NCBI RefSeq assembly: GCF_963921235.1
Contig: NC_086101.1
Span: 11,968,001-12,032,000 of the forward strand
DNA from: Mobula hypostoma
Taxonomy: Eukaryota
DNA: 64,000 bases
Direction: 5' to 3'
The notes under the pieces are model-generated. The model ran no database searches. It was given only the letters and a program-made list of their open reading frames with translations, and had not been told where the DNA came from. Position numbers and translations under genes: made by a program. Every line of letters begins with the position of its first letter. Within the stretch, counting starts at the first letter, position 1. Of the stretch, positions 1 through 12,726 are shown piece after piece.

Positions 1-380
1 CCCCTTTTCCCTCTCACATGTTATCTCTTTGCCCACCCATGGCCTCCCTCTGGTGCAGCTGATCTCTCCCACCCGTCCCCGCCACCTTTTCTTTTTTCTT
101 TCTTCCATGGCCTTCTGTCCCTTTCACCAATCAACTTCCCAGCTCTTAACTTCATCCCTTCCCCTCCAAGTTTCACTTATTGCCTGGTGTTTCTCTCTTC
201 CCTCACCCCACCTTTTAAATCTACTCCTCAGCTTTTCTCCTCCAGTCCTGCAGAAGGGTTTCGGCCTGCAATGGTAAATGTGTGTTTTTTCCATAGATGC
301 TGCCTGGCCTACTGAGTTCCTCCAGCATTTTGTGTGCATTGCTCAGATTTCCAGCATCTGCAGATTTTCTCTTGTTTGTA
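1..380 (+). mobile_element. Penelope-like retroelement 3'/terminal-repeat fragment
   Basis: Pyrimidine-rich tract, then 'cagtcctgcagaagggtttcggcctg...gatgctgcctggcctactgagttcctccagcattttgtgtg...tttccagcatctgcag'. The same block follows GIY-YIG coding remnants elsewhere in the window (33430-34300, 37540-39300). Confidence 0.7.
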
Positions 381-402
381 TACCTGCAGTGTTTGTGTGA
401 TC

Positions 403-760
403 CTCTAAGAGCACAAGATACAGGAGCAGAAATGGGTCATTCTTCCCATTGAGTCTGCACCAACGTTCGATCGTGGCTGATTTATTATTCCTTCTCAACT
501 CCATTTTGCTTTCTGTCAGTAACCTTTGCCTCACCTACTAATCAAGAACCTATCAACCTCCGCTTTAAATACGCCCAGTGACCTGGCCTCTACAGCCGTC
601 CATGGCAACGAATTCCTCAGATTCTCCACCCTTTGGCTAAAGAAATTCCTTCTCATCTCTCTTCAAAAAGACATCCTTGTATTCTGACACTGTGCCTTCT
701 GATCCTAGAGTCTGCTACTACTGAAAACATCCTCTCCATGTCCACTCTATTCAGGCCTGC
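403..760 (-). mobile_element. CR1 LINE 3' fragment
   Basis: Reverse complement of the CR1 ORF2 C-terminus/3'UTR seen intact at 18200-18505 ('aagatacaggagcagaa...gaattcctcagattctccacc'). Confidence 0.75.
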
Positions 761-1098
761 TGCTCAGACCCTACTCTTGATTTTATCATGAATAAGAGAT
801 ATTAAGGGTGTTAAGGGGGCTTGGTGGAGGATGGTGGGAGGTACACATATGAGGTGGTGGTGAAAATAAAATGGAACAGAAAGATCTAAATGCTGTCACA
901 GGAAAGCAGCATCCATCATCAAGGACCCCCACCACCCAGGACAATTGTTCCCTGAAAATGGAGACACTTGTAGAGAGTGGTGAAGAAGGCATTTGACATG
1001 TCTGCCTTAGTCACTGAGTACACACGTAAAGTCATTGAGTTTGCACCTAAATTCAATTGAGCAATGCTGTCAGTAAACTGAACTCTTGTCTTGTACAG

Positions 1099-1162
1099 CC
1101 TCAAGATGATGCAAGTTGCCTCAGAAATGATGGGAGGCCTCCACAAAGTGGTGCCAAAGAAG
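1099..1162 (+). CDS. Candidate upstream coding exon of the FAM111-like gene (PQDDASCLRNDGRPPQSGAKE-G)
   Basis: Unique sequence. Acceptor 'tcttgtcttgtacag' ends 1098, donor 'AAG|gtaaga' at 1163. 64 nt, phase 0 to 1, matching the phase-1 start of the 12727 exon. Confidence 0.6.
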
Positions 1163-1276
1163 GTAAGATGTTTTTGTGATGGGAATTGGGAAGGGTATCA
1201 TGGCAGGGATATTGATAACTTGAATAATGGGCTGAACAACACTACCTGGCCACTATTGATCACATCTCATAAGTGA

Positions 1277-1930
1277 AATTACGAAGGAAGCAGAGCAGGC
1301 CACTACTTCCTTAGGAGTTTGTGGAGCTTTGGCAATGACGTCTGAAATTGTGACAAACTTCTGTAGATATGTAGTGGAGAGTATATTGACTGCCTGTATC
1401 ATAGCCTGTTATGAAATACCCAATGCCCTTAAATGGAAAATCCTACAAAAGGTAGTGGATATGACCCAGTTCATCACAGGTAAAGCCCTCACCACTGTTG
1501 CAGGAAAGCAGCATCCATCATCAGGGACCCCCACCACCCTGGACAACATGCTCTCTTGCTGCTGCCATCAGGAAGACGATACAAGAGCCTCAGGACTCTC
1601 ACTATCAGGATCAGAAACAGTTATTTCCCATCATCTATTGGGCTCTTGAACCAAAGGGGATAAGTTCATTTGCCCCACAACCAATCGACTCACTTTCAAG
1701 GGCTCTTCATCTCATGTCTTGATATTTATTTATTTATTATTAGTAATTTCCTTTTGCATTTGCAGATTTTTGTCTTCAGTCTGGTTGAACGCCCAAGTTG
1801 GGCGGTCTCTCATTGATGCTGATATGGTTATTATTATATGGATTTATTGAGTATGCCCACAAGCAAATGAATCTCAGGGTTGTATATGGTGACATATCTG
1901 TACCTTCATAATAAATTTACTTTGAAATTT
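1277..1930 (+). mobile_element. Rex1/Babar-like LINE 3' fragment
   Basis: Degenerate RT C-terminal peptide (NFCRYVVESILTACIIACY...LQKVV) and the 3' tail 'ataaatttactttgaa'. Confidence 0.7.
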
Positions 1931-2332
1931 TTGTCTGTAAATAGAGCCATAGAGTATTCCCACATGGAAAGTCCAAGTCTAGGACCAGAGAACATTGCCT
2001 CAGAATAAAGTGATGTTCCTTTAGAACAGATTTAGACAGACAGTGGTGAATCTTGAATTAATTGTCACAGACAGCTGTGGAGTTGGATAGGTTCTTGGTT
2101 AATAAAGGTGTCAAAGAGATAGCAGAAGAATCGGGTTGATAGGGAAATTATTCAGCCATGATTGAATGGGAGAGCAGAGTTGATGGGCCGAAGTGCCTAA
2201 TTCTGCTTCTGTGTCTTATGGAAGCAGATTATTTGGCCATGTTCATTCATGCTGATAAAGTTGCCTACCTGGATATGATCTTTAACATATTCAGTGACAA
2301 CAGCATTGTCTCCATTTTTGAACATTTGTATC

Positions 2333-2536
2333 TCAGAATCAGGTTTAATATCACTGGCATATGTCATGAAATTCATTGTTTTACAGCAACCGTACATTGC
2401 AATACATCATAATAAACTATGAATTAGGATAAGAAATAGACAGTAGAAGTAGTGGAAAAAAGAAAAAAAAATATAGTGTACATGGGTTTATTGTCCGTTC
2501 AGAAATCTGATGGTGGAGAGGAAGAAACTGTCTGTT

Positions 2537-2601
<65 letters not shown>

Positions 2602-3935
2602 TCAGGCTTCTGTACCTCCTCCCTGATGGTAGCAATGATAAGAGGGCATGTCCCGGGTGATGAGGGTCTTTAATGATGGACATTGACGCACCACCTTTTG
2701 AAGGTGTCCTTGATGCTGACTGTGGTCTTCCAGTGAGGAATTCAAGGATCCAGTTTCAGAGAGAGGTACAGAGACCCAGGTTTTTGGCTCTTGTTGATTA
2801 GAACTGAGGGTATGACGCTGTTGAACACTGAGCTGTAGTCAGTAAAAAGCAGTCTGACGTAGGGAATGCTATTGTCCAGGTGATGCAAGACAAGTGGAGA
2901 GCTGGTGAAATTGTATCCACTGTAGATCTATCGTGGCAATTAGCAAACTGCAGTCGTTCCATATACTTCAGCAGAAGTTGATTCTAGGCATGATCAACCT
3001 CCCAAAGCACTTCATCACAGTAGATAGTTGTTGAGGCAACTTATCTTGCCCTTCTTGTTGCCCTTTGGAAGGAATCTTTGAATGCACCGGAGAGAGTTTG
3101 AAGATGTAATTGAACATTCCCTCCAGTTGATTGGCACAGGTTTTCAGTGCCCTGCCAGGTACACCATCAAGGCCTGACACCTTGTGAGGGTTCACTCTCT
3201 TGAAAGATGTTTGAGACATTAGCGTCTGAGACAGAGATCATGGGGTTACCAGATGCTGCAGGGATTTGCATAGGTGTACTTTTATTCTCCCTTTCAAACT
3301 GCATAAAAGTGAAACATCACAGCCATTTATGATATTAGGTTTTGCCTTGTAAGAATAGACTCCAGCACACTGTCAGAGTTGACATACATCTGGCTGCATC
3401 TCCAGCTTCAATCGGAATTGTTTATTTGCTCTTTAAAATAGCCTCCTGAAGGTCATACCTGGTCTTGTGTAAGTCTGGATCCCTGGTCTTGAAAGCCACG
3501 TATCTAGCCCTCAGCAGATTACAAATCTCCTGTTTCATCCATTGCTTTTAGTTTGCGTATGTCTGGTATGTGATTGAAGGCAATCTGTTATCCGCACAAT
3601 TCTTGATAGAGTCAGTGAGAACCGTGTCATATTCATTCAGATTCTAAGATGAATATTATCCAGTCTACCAACTCCAAGCAGTCCCGTGAGTGCTGCTCTG
3701 ATTCCCTTCTTGGTCCTCATCACTGGTGCTGCTGTCTCTAGGCTCTGCCTCTATGCTGGAAGAAGTACAACAAGGTGATTGGACTTCACAATATGTGGGC
3801 GTGGGATGCTATGGTAAGCATTCTTGATAGTGCTCTGACAATAGTCAAGTGTGTTGGCTCCTCTGGTTCCACGGGTGATATGTTCGTCGTAGTTCTTCAG
3901 ATACTTCTTCAAGTTAGACTGCTTGAAATTTTCCA
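2333..3935 (-). mobile_element. Rex1/Babar-like LINE, degraded, with internal deletions
   Basis: Minus-strand remnants 'SIIKDPHHPGHALLSLLPSGRRYRSLK', 'RVNPHKVSGLDGVPGRALKTCANQL', 'HITRGTRGANTLDY'; (GAATCA)-type tail at 2334. Confidence 0.75.
2528..2600. repeat. (TGTC)n/(TGTT) tetranucleotide microsatellite
   Basis: Directly visible. Confidence 0.95.
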
Positions 3936-4159
3936 CAATGAGAAGGGTGCGCTGAGTAATCCTGAGTATTCTGAAAGCCTGCTACTACTCGTGACCAATC
4001 TCACCTATGCGTACAGTGATTACCGCACTGGACTGTGTACTGAGTGCTGTTGTGGTGTTTGATGGTTGTAAACGAGACTATCCCCTTATTGTACACTATT
4101 CTCCACACAGAATTTAACCTTCCAAAATGCGCATTTTCTGCCATGAATCTGTTTTTAAA

Positions 4160-4550
4160 AGAACAACAGAATGAAGTGCACAAAATGCTGGAGGAACTCA
4201 GCAGGTCAGGCAGCATCTATGGAGGGGAATAAATAGTTGCTGTTTCAGGCTGAGGCCCTATATCAGGGCTGTAAAGGAAAGGAGAAGAAGCTAGAATAAG
4301 AAGGGTGGGGAGCGGGAGGGGTGATAGGTGAGACCAGGTGAGGGGAGATGTAGGTGGGGGAGGGGGTATGATAGGTGTAAGAGGGAAAAACTTGAAGAAA
4401 GAATCTGATAGTGGACTATAAAAGAAAGGTAGGGACGGGGGAAACGAGGGCAGTGATGGGAAGGTGATGGGGGTGGTAGGTGAGGGCCACAGAATGGAGA
4501 AACAGTAAGAGGGTGTGGGGGGGGAGGGAAACAGAGGGGAATGATTTCTC
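4160..4550 (-). mobile_element. Penelope-like terminal-repeat fragment
   Basis: 'cacaaaatgctggaggaactcagcaggtcaggcagcatctat' followed by a purine-rich tract; reverse complement of the block at 1-380. Confidence 0.7.
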
Positions 4551-4562
4551 TAACTTCCAGTA

Positions 4563-6123
4563 CAAGTGTCCCCCACTTTTCGAAGGTTCATTTTACGAAA
4601 GCTCACTGTTACGAAAGACCTACATTAGTACCCTGTTTTCGCTTTCAGAAGGTGTTTTCACTGTTACGAAAAAAAAATTCAGCGCGCGATAAAAGGCAGC
4701 GTGTGCCCCGAGCAGCCGCTCTCCCCCGGATTCGGAACAGCATTACTTTAACACGTGCCTGTGAGCAGCTGTTTGCAAGATGAGTTCTATGGTGTCGGAA
4801 AAGCCTGAAAGAGCTCGTAAGGGTGTTACACCTAGCGTAAAACTAGACATAATTAAGCGTTTCAATTGTGGTGAACGAAGTAAGGACAAAGTGAGTTTGG
4901 CTTGTGGAACTGACGAACATGATGTTGAAGAGGTTTTGGCATCCCATGACCAAGAACTGACAGATGAAGAGCTGATGCAATTGGAAGAAAAAGGATAACA
5001 ATCGAAACCGAATGAGTAATGATAAAGTACAACTTTAATTTTGAAAAGGTACCTCGGTTTAGGGGATATTTGCAGGATGGTTTGAGTCCTTACAAAGAAC
5101 TGTGTGATAGAAAAATACGCGAGGCTCAGCAGTCAAGCAAGCCTTCCACATCAGCCACAGCAGATGACGAACCTCGACCTTCGACATCGAGGCGGGCAGA
5201 GATAGAAGATGAGCTGCCTGCCCTAATGGAAACAGGCGATGACGAGATGACACCCCAGTGTCCCACCACCCCAACCCCCAGGCCATGGACAGATACCGAT
5301 TCGCGGAGAATTCAACGGTAGCCGGGAGGCACACAGCACATCTTTAAGAAAAAAGCCGAAATAAACATGCTAATTAATTAGGTGCCGCCGACACGTAATT
5401 GTCGGCCCAGATCAGAGACGACACAATCGGAAGTCGCCACTGATCTGGGCGGACAATTACGTGGGGGCGCCACCTAATTAATTAGCATGTTTGTTTCGGC
5501 TTTTTTCTTAAAGATGTGTTGTGTGCCTCCTGGCTACCGCTGCATCCCTGCATGCTTCGCGGCAATGTATCGCTCGGCAGCCTGGAGGGTGGGGGCCACT
5601 GCACCACCCAAACTCCGACTCAGCCTAACACACCATCATCAGTGTGCTCGATGCTGTCTTCCCGATTCCGGTAAGTGATACTACACTGTACATACATTAT
5701 TTCTACTTTATATAGGCTGTGTATTTTTACGTGTTATTTGGTATGATTTGGCAGCTTCATAGCTTAAAGGTTACTGGAGAGTGCTTGCGCCGTGTTTTTG
5801 CCAACAGCGCTTGCGTGAGATTTTCTGCCGACGGCACTTGCGTGAGATTTTCACTACGGCAAACAGTTCAGTAATTATTGTGGAAAAGTATTTCTACTTT
5901 ATATAGGCTGTGTATTTATTATATCATTCCTGCTTTTGCTATATGTTACTGTTATTTTAGGTTTTATGTGTTATTTGGCATGATTTGGTGGTTATTTTTG
6001 GGTCTGAACGCTCACAAGATTTTCCCATATAAATAAATGGTAATTGCTTCTTCGCTTTACGACATTTCGGCTTACAAACCGTTTCATAGGAACGCTCTAC
6101 CTTTGGATGACGGGGGAAACCTG
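4563..6123 (+). mobile_element. Tigger/pogo-family internally deleted DNA transposon (copy 1)
   Basis: TA on both sides (4561-62, 6124-25); termini CAAGTGTCCCCC...GGGGGAAACCTG. Remnant ORF joins an N-terminal HTH start (RKGVTPSVKLDIIKRF) to a Tigger-like C-terminus (VEEVLASHDQELTDEELMQLEE). Second copy at 49834-51353. Confidence 0.85.
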
Positions 6124-6968
6124 TATTCACTCCCGTCTGTTCCCTCCCTTGTCTATCCCTATTAAGAGTTCTGTAAGCTTCAATGAGATCCCTTCACATT
6201 CTTTTACAGCTTTATTTTAACAACTGTGTTCTCTCTGTTGTGCATGTTGCAGAAGAGGTGAAACTGTACTTCCCATTTTCACAAATGAGATCTTTGTTTT
6301 TTTAGTTTTTATTCAGTTTGGGTAAGCAAAGGACCAATTTATCTGAGTGACATCACCAGTGACTGGAGACTACCAGCTAAAGTTAATTGACAGTTATAGA
6401 GTCATACAGCATGGAACTAAGCCCTTTGGGCTGAACTTTTCCATGTCGACACTGTTGCCCAGTGAGCTGTTCCCATCTGTCCATGCTTGTCCCAGAGCCC
6501 TGTAAACCTCTTCTACCCAAGTGCTTGCTAACATGCCCAACTGGCAGCTCATTCCAAATGCACACCACCCTCTGCGTGAAGAAGCAGCCCAGCCCCTGAT
6601 TTCCCTTTTAATTTCCGTCTCAGATACAGATTCATTTGCTTATCACATGTACATTGAAACATACAGGGAAATGCATTGTTTGTGTTAACAGGCAACACAA
6701 CCTAAGGGTGTGCTGCCCGCACGTGTCACCACACATTCCAGCATCAACATAGTGTATCCATGATGCTTGCAGAACATACAAGCAACAACAGTGAAGTCAA
6801 AAGCAAAGCAAGCCCCCTCCCCTCCCCCCTCCCCCCTCCAGTATATGCCCTTTTGTTTTGTAGTAACCTTGCCTAGGAAAAAGACTACGGTAGGGCAGTT
6901 TAAAGAAAAATCACTCAGTGAATGGTGGGAGTCTAGGACTCAATGCCTAAAAAAAAAAGTGAAGATGG

Positions 6969-7532
6969 CAGACATCCCACCTGTCATGAAAGTTCCGGGA
7001 GTCTCCCGCATATTAATAGTGGCTCCCTGATGCCCGCAAATTATATACAATATCACGGAAATCAATTCTTTTGAGAGTGAGCGAGAGAAAGCAAGAGAGA
7101 GTGTGCACGAGAGAGAGCAAGCGAGGGCAAAAGCAAGGGAGAGCGCTTGAGAGCGTGCAAGCGACCGAGAGAGAGAGAGAGAGAGAGAGCATGCCATGGC
7201 AGAGTGTTACAAAAAAAATAAAACTTATGTCACCCCAGACTACACTAAAGTGTACCCCTCCCTAATAGGGGTCAAAATAATGGCAGTGTTGCTCACTGCA
7301 CTGGTTGCAACAGTGACTCTTCTATTGCCCATGGTGGCTTAAGACTGTAAAAGACAAGTTGAGGTGAGTTTAACAGGTGTCATTCTTTCATTAGCATAGC
7401 TAACGTTATTTAAACTAGCTGGCCAGCTGCTAAGGAGCTACTCTATTGCAGACATCCCACCTCTCCCAGAAGTCTCCCGCAAATTGATGGTGCTACCTCC
7501 CTGAAATGAGTTTTTGCAGGGTGGGATGTCTG
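6969..7532 (+). mobile_element. Non-autonomous DNA transposon (MITE), TIR CAGACATCCCACC (copy 1)
   Basis: Perfect 13-bp TIRs, internal (GA)-rich tract, extra TIR copy at 7449, flanks AGATGG/AGACGG. Inverted second copy at 48010-48630. Confidence 0.85.
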
Positions 7533-7799
7533 AGACGGACACATGGAAACTGAACTCTTAAACAGTACAGGGCTTCCCCAGATCACAAATGTCTGACTTG
7601 TCTGGCCCATTCATACTATCGAGTGTTTCCAAGATCAGTTGGATGGATTTACCAGCTCCTCGGGGCTGCAGGCGTCTCGTACTGAGTGCGACCTCTGTCC
7701 CTGGCTGCATTTCTGACCTGCAAGCTGCTCGGATTACAAGCAGTTCTAGGAATGGAATCTGCAATCTGAGTCTTGAATCTACTGCATTGACCCTGACTA

Positions 7800-8880
7800 T
7801 AAGACCAAAAGGCATAGAATTAGGTTATTCAGCCCTTCGAGTCTAACATGGTTCAATCATGGCTGATTTATTTTCCCACTCAACCCTAATCTCCTGCCTT
7901 CTCCCCGTAACCTTTGATGTTCTTACTAATGAAGAACCTATTAACCTCTGCTACAAATATACCAATGACTTGGCCTCCACAGCTATCTCAAAGGTTTCAG
8001 AGGTATATTTAATGTCAGAGAAATGTATACAATATACATCCTGAAATGCTTTTTCTTCGCAACCATCCGTGAAAACAGAGGAGTCCCCTAAAAAATGAAT
8101 GACAATTAAATGTTAGAACCCCAAAGTAACCCCCCCCAGCTTCCCTCCCTCCCGTGCGTCAGTGGCAGCAAGCACAATCCCACCCTCCCCCACCCCCCAC
8201 CAGCAAAAGAATTTCACGGATTCACCACACTCCCAACGAAAGAAGTTACTCCTCATCTCTGTTCTAATTGGTCATCCTTGCACTTTGAGGCTGTGCCCTC
8301 TGGTACCAGAGTCTCCTACTATTGGAAACATTCTTTCCACATCCATCCTTTCTCGGCCTTTCAATATTTAGTAGGTTTCATTGAGTAGAGGCCCGGAGCC
8401 ATCAAACATTCCTCATTTTCCCGGGATCATTCTTGTAAATTTCCTCTGGACCGTCTGGATGCCAGCACTTCATTTCTTAGATATGGACCCAGAAACTGCC
8501 TGCAATATGCTAAATATGATCTGACCAATGCCTTTCAAGCCTTAACATTACTTCATTGCTTTTATATTCTAGTTCTCTTGAAATTAATGCTAACATTTTA
8601 TCTGCCTTCCTAACTACCCACTCATCTTTTTGGGAATACTGCACTAAGACTCCCAAGTTCCTTGTTCCTCTGATACTAAATTTGCTCCCCATTTAGAACG
8701 TGGTCTATCTGCGCCTTTATTCCTTTTACCAAAGTACATGATCATGTATTTTCCTACACTGTATTCCATCTATCACTTCTTTACTCATTCTCCCAATATG
8801 TCTAATTCCTTGTGCAGACTCCCTGCTTCCTGAACACTACCCGTCCCTCCATCTATCTCTGTATCATCTGCAATCTTGGC
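7800..8880 (-). mobile_element. CR1 LINE fragment interrupted by a Rex1-type tail (~7990-8200)
   Basis: Minus-strand CR1 peptides (RNLGVLVQ...LALISRELEYKSNEVMLRL) and CR1 3'UTR at the 7800 end. Confidence 0.7.
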
Positions 8881-9120
8881 TGATTGAGCTCTGAAAAGTG
8901 GGAATAACCTTTATTTAAAGACTTGATAAAGACAGAAGGGTATCAGCTCTGTTGCAAATGTTTGTGGTCTTTTTAAATGGACTTTCGAATCAGAATCAGG
9001 TTTATTATCACTGGCATGTGATGTGAAATTTGTCAACTTAGCAGCAGTTCAATGCAATACATAATCTAATAGAGAGATAAATAAATAAACAAGTAAATCA
9101 ATTACATATATTGAATAGAT

Positions 9121-11848
9121 CAGGGGTGTCAAACTCATTTTAGGTCACGGGCTGGATTGGGCAAAATGTGACTTTGTGCGGGCCGGATCAGTTGTGCACA
9201 CGTGCTCCCACAGCTTTCGTTGCCTTCGTTTTCTCAACCTGCTCTCGTGTCTCAGTCTCTGCTATAACTACAAAGTGTTTCACTTTACGAATTTTGTTTC
9301 TTATGAAGAAGATTGCCTATCAAGCATTATTTTTATGATTGGTATTAACTTACAGTCGTAGGCCACAAGAAAGTTGTGATATGAGAGAGAGAGGGAAAAA
9401 ATGATGCCATTTTGGCTAAGATTGTTTTGGGAGCCACACCCTTCCTATTAATAAACCATTTGAAATTGAACATTAGCAGACATGAATGTAGACCTAACGA
9501 AACAAATTGTAAATGTAGGCTACACAACTGCACCTAATTTTTATTAGCCTGCTTCAGCAATCAAACTCAGACAATGCACACAGTTAGCCTCTAATTTTTA
9601 TTGAAGTGATCTTATTTACAATAATAGAAGTCAGAAAATGAATGAATCACAATATTATGACACTCAGTATTTCATAATGCATTTTGCTTACATGTTGCAG
9701 TGCATTGAACAGTGTCACTCATTTTTCACTTGCTTCTTCCAGACACCTGACATCTCTTGTCTTTAACCAGCCTGTCACCATCAGGGACCAGTTTCTGGGC
9801 AGTTGTGATTTTTATAATGTCACTTAGATGTCTGTGTGTCAGCTGCGAGCGCAGTTTTGATTTGTTAATGTTCATTATGGAGAACGCCTGCTCAGAGCTA
9901 TGTTGTCCCGAACATGCAAAGGATCTTTGAGGCAAAGTCTGTCATCTTGAGGTACATTGGTCCCAGGTATTGATAGAATGAGTCCAGACCCACAGTCTCA
10001 AATTTATATTTCAAAGCCGAATTTCAATTTCAATTAGTTCCATTTGGAGTTCCTCTGGCACATATGATGCTGCGTTGACAGCAAATGGCGAGCAAAATAG
10101 TGAGAATTCCTTCTCGAACTGAGTGAAGACTTGGAAACAATTCTGAAACTCACTTTTCAGCTGTGATATTTTGTCCTTGTACCTGTCCATGTTGTCATTA
10201 TTCCCGTGAGCGACACACACAGACTGCAAAGAGGGGAAATGAACTGGGTTGCTCCGGAATAGTTGCACCTCCCATAGGTCTAATTTAATTTGAAAGGCGC
10301 GAATGCTGTCGTGGTATTCCGTAACAAGTTTGTTACGGCCTTGCATGTTAACATTAAGCACATTTAAGTGCTCTGTTATATCCACCAAAAATGCAAGATC
10401 ATGAAGCCAGTCTCGGTCATCCAACTCTGCTACTGGCTTCTCTTTCTCGTTCACGAATAGTCCTATTTCCGCACGTAATTGAAAAAACATTTGAGCACAA
10501 CCCCTCTGCTCAACCAGCGGACTTCAGTGTGGTAGGGTAGGCCGTGTCCAATATTACTTTCGGACAAAAGAGTGTCAAATTGCCGATGGTTGAGTCCCTT
10601 GGCTCTAATAAAATTAACCGTTTTGATTACTACATCCATGACATTGTTCATTTTCGGGCTCCTGCTACATACCACCTCTTGGTGTATAATGCAAGGAAAA
10701 TTCCAGAATTCCTGCTCTGGATTCTCTGTTTGAACTTTCTCTCTGAGTTTCGCAACAACACCAGCCTTTTTCCCGACCATGGACGGTGCGCCATCTGTTG
10801 CCACGCTGACAGAGTGACTCCAGACAACCCCCAGTCTGTCCAAGGCCTCGATGGGCTGGAGAAAACGCCTTTTGCCGTTGCGGTGTTTGTCATGGGCACC
10901 ATCTTCACAAACTCCTTGGTGACGGTCAAAGATGCATTAACACCACGAATAAATATTCCCAATTGAGCTACATCAGTCACGTCGGTGCTCTCATCAATTG
11001 CAATAGAGAAGGTAATAAGTGACTTCACTTTGTCTTTTAGTTGACTCTTCAAATCTCCTGCAAGGTCCCCGATTCTCTCTGCCACAGTATTTCTTGATAA
11101 GCTGATATTACCAAAAACCTGTCTCTTCTCAGGGCACACCAGCTCAGCCGCTGTCAGCATGCGTGCTTTGATGAATTCCCCCTCTGAGTGTGGCTTCGAC
11201 GCAGCAGCCATTTTGTTGGCAATAATATAGCTGACCTTGACAGCTCCATCATGAGTTTCTTGACTTTTGGTGAGCACTGATTGCTGTTTTTTCAGAGCTG
11301 CTTTAAGCTCATTTACCCTTTGTGTTCTGAGTTGTCCTGCGTACATGTCATATTTTTCTCCGTGTGACGTCTCGTAGTGTTGTTTGATATTGTACTCTTT
11401 TGCCACAGCCGCTTGTTGCGAGCATATCAGACACACAGGTTTGGTGTTGACCTCACAGACGAAAAAATGATCTTTCCAATTATCATTGAATATCCGACCT
11501 TCGATGTCAACTTTTCTTTTCTTGGAAAGCATTTTGAACCATAGCAGCAAACAGTCTCAGCCTTGCTGCAGGTGTTACATACCTGAGTACTCTGTGTGTT
11601 TATACTGTGTCTGACGACGTAAGTGGGGCCCTAGTGGTCTACAGTACAGGGTGGTAGGTGCTTATGCACAGCGGGTGTTAACTGCCGCCTGTTGTTTTCT
11701 AAGTACACACAACAAGCTGCCGGCGTAGCAGGCAGCACAGACAGTGGTGGGAGAGAGAGTGGCTGTCGTACAGCTACATGATAAATGGTCGTGAATATAC
11801 TTTTTTTCCCCCTAAATCATCCTGCAGGCGGGTAGTTTGACACCCTTG
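9121..11848 (-). mobile_element. Full-length Buster/Charlie/SPIN-type hAT transposon
   Basis: TIRs CAGGGGTGTCAAACT / AGTTTGACACCCTTG. 8-bp TSD GAATAGAT (9113-9120) / GAATAAAT (11849-11856) with the central TA typical of Buster-type hATs. Confidence 0.92.
9726..11532 (-). pseudogene. Frameshifted hAT transposase (GTF2IRD2/SPIN-like)
   Basis: Four consecutive ORF pieces: BED-type finger (CLIC...HYETSH), IAIDESTDVTD, ATDGAPSM, CIIH, HTEVRWLSRG, EQAFSIMN. At least three frameshifts. Confidence 0.9.
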
Positions 11849-12726
11849 GAATAAATTTTTAAAAATGCAAAAACTGAAATACTGTATATTTTTTTTAAAA
11901 AAGGTGTACTGTCCAAAGATTCAATGTCTATTTAGGAATCGGATGGCAGAGGGGCAGAAGCTGTTCCTGAATTGCTGAGTGTGTGTCTTCAGGCTTCTGT
12001 ACCTCCTAGCTGATGGTAACAGTGAGAAAAGGACATGCCCTGGGTGCTGAAGGCCCTTAATAATGGACACTGCCTTTCTGAGATACCGCTCCCGAAAGAG
12101 GTCCTGGGTACTTTGTAGGCTAGTACCCAAGATGGAGCTGACTAGATTTACAACCTTCTGCAGCTTCTTTCGGCCCTGTGCAATAGTCCCTCCATACCAG
12201 ACAGTGATGCAGCCTGTCAGAATGCTCTCCAGGGTGCAACTGTAGAAGTTTTTGAGTGTATTTGTTGACATACTAAATCTCTTCAAACTCCTAATAAAGT
12301 ATAGCCACTGTCTTGCCTTCTTTATAACTACGTCGATATATTGGGACCAGGTTAGATCCTGAGAGATCTTTACACCGAGAGCTCTTACCCATACTCTGAG
12401 CGATGACTCTTTTTACCCAAGTCCTGAGCTTGTTTAACATGATCTAGTCTAGTATATTAAGCTGCTGAATTATTATGGAAATTTGAGGTGTGATTATGTG
12501 TAACTTAATGAGACATCAATTAAACTTGTCCCTTTGAATGAAATGGCAGAAAAACTCAGCAGATCAGGCAGTATTTGTGGAGGAACAGTCAATATTTCAG
12601 TCTGTGAGCCTTTGTTAAGTGTGGGAGAGAGAGAGATGCAAGCTATCCTTCACAAGGAGAGAATGTGGTTTTTATGGATAGTTTATAGATCTAATTTGAT
12701 AGTTAAAGTTGTGTTTATTGCTGTAG

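Larger units (their letters stand above)
8987..12375 (-). mobile_element. Rex1/Babar-like LINE 3' fragment split by the hAT insertion
   Basis: GAATCA tail at 8987. The 3'UTR continues across the hAT (9120|11849) into ORF 11921-12286 (TLKNFYSCTLESILTGCITVWYG...RRYRSLK). Confidence 0.8.

Noticed and set aside
2417..2683. ORFs with repeating TDRQ/CLSV peptides
   Set aside because: Translation of a (TGTC)n microsatellite inside a LINE.
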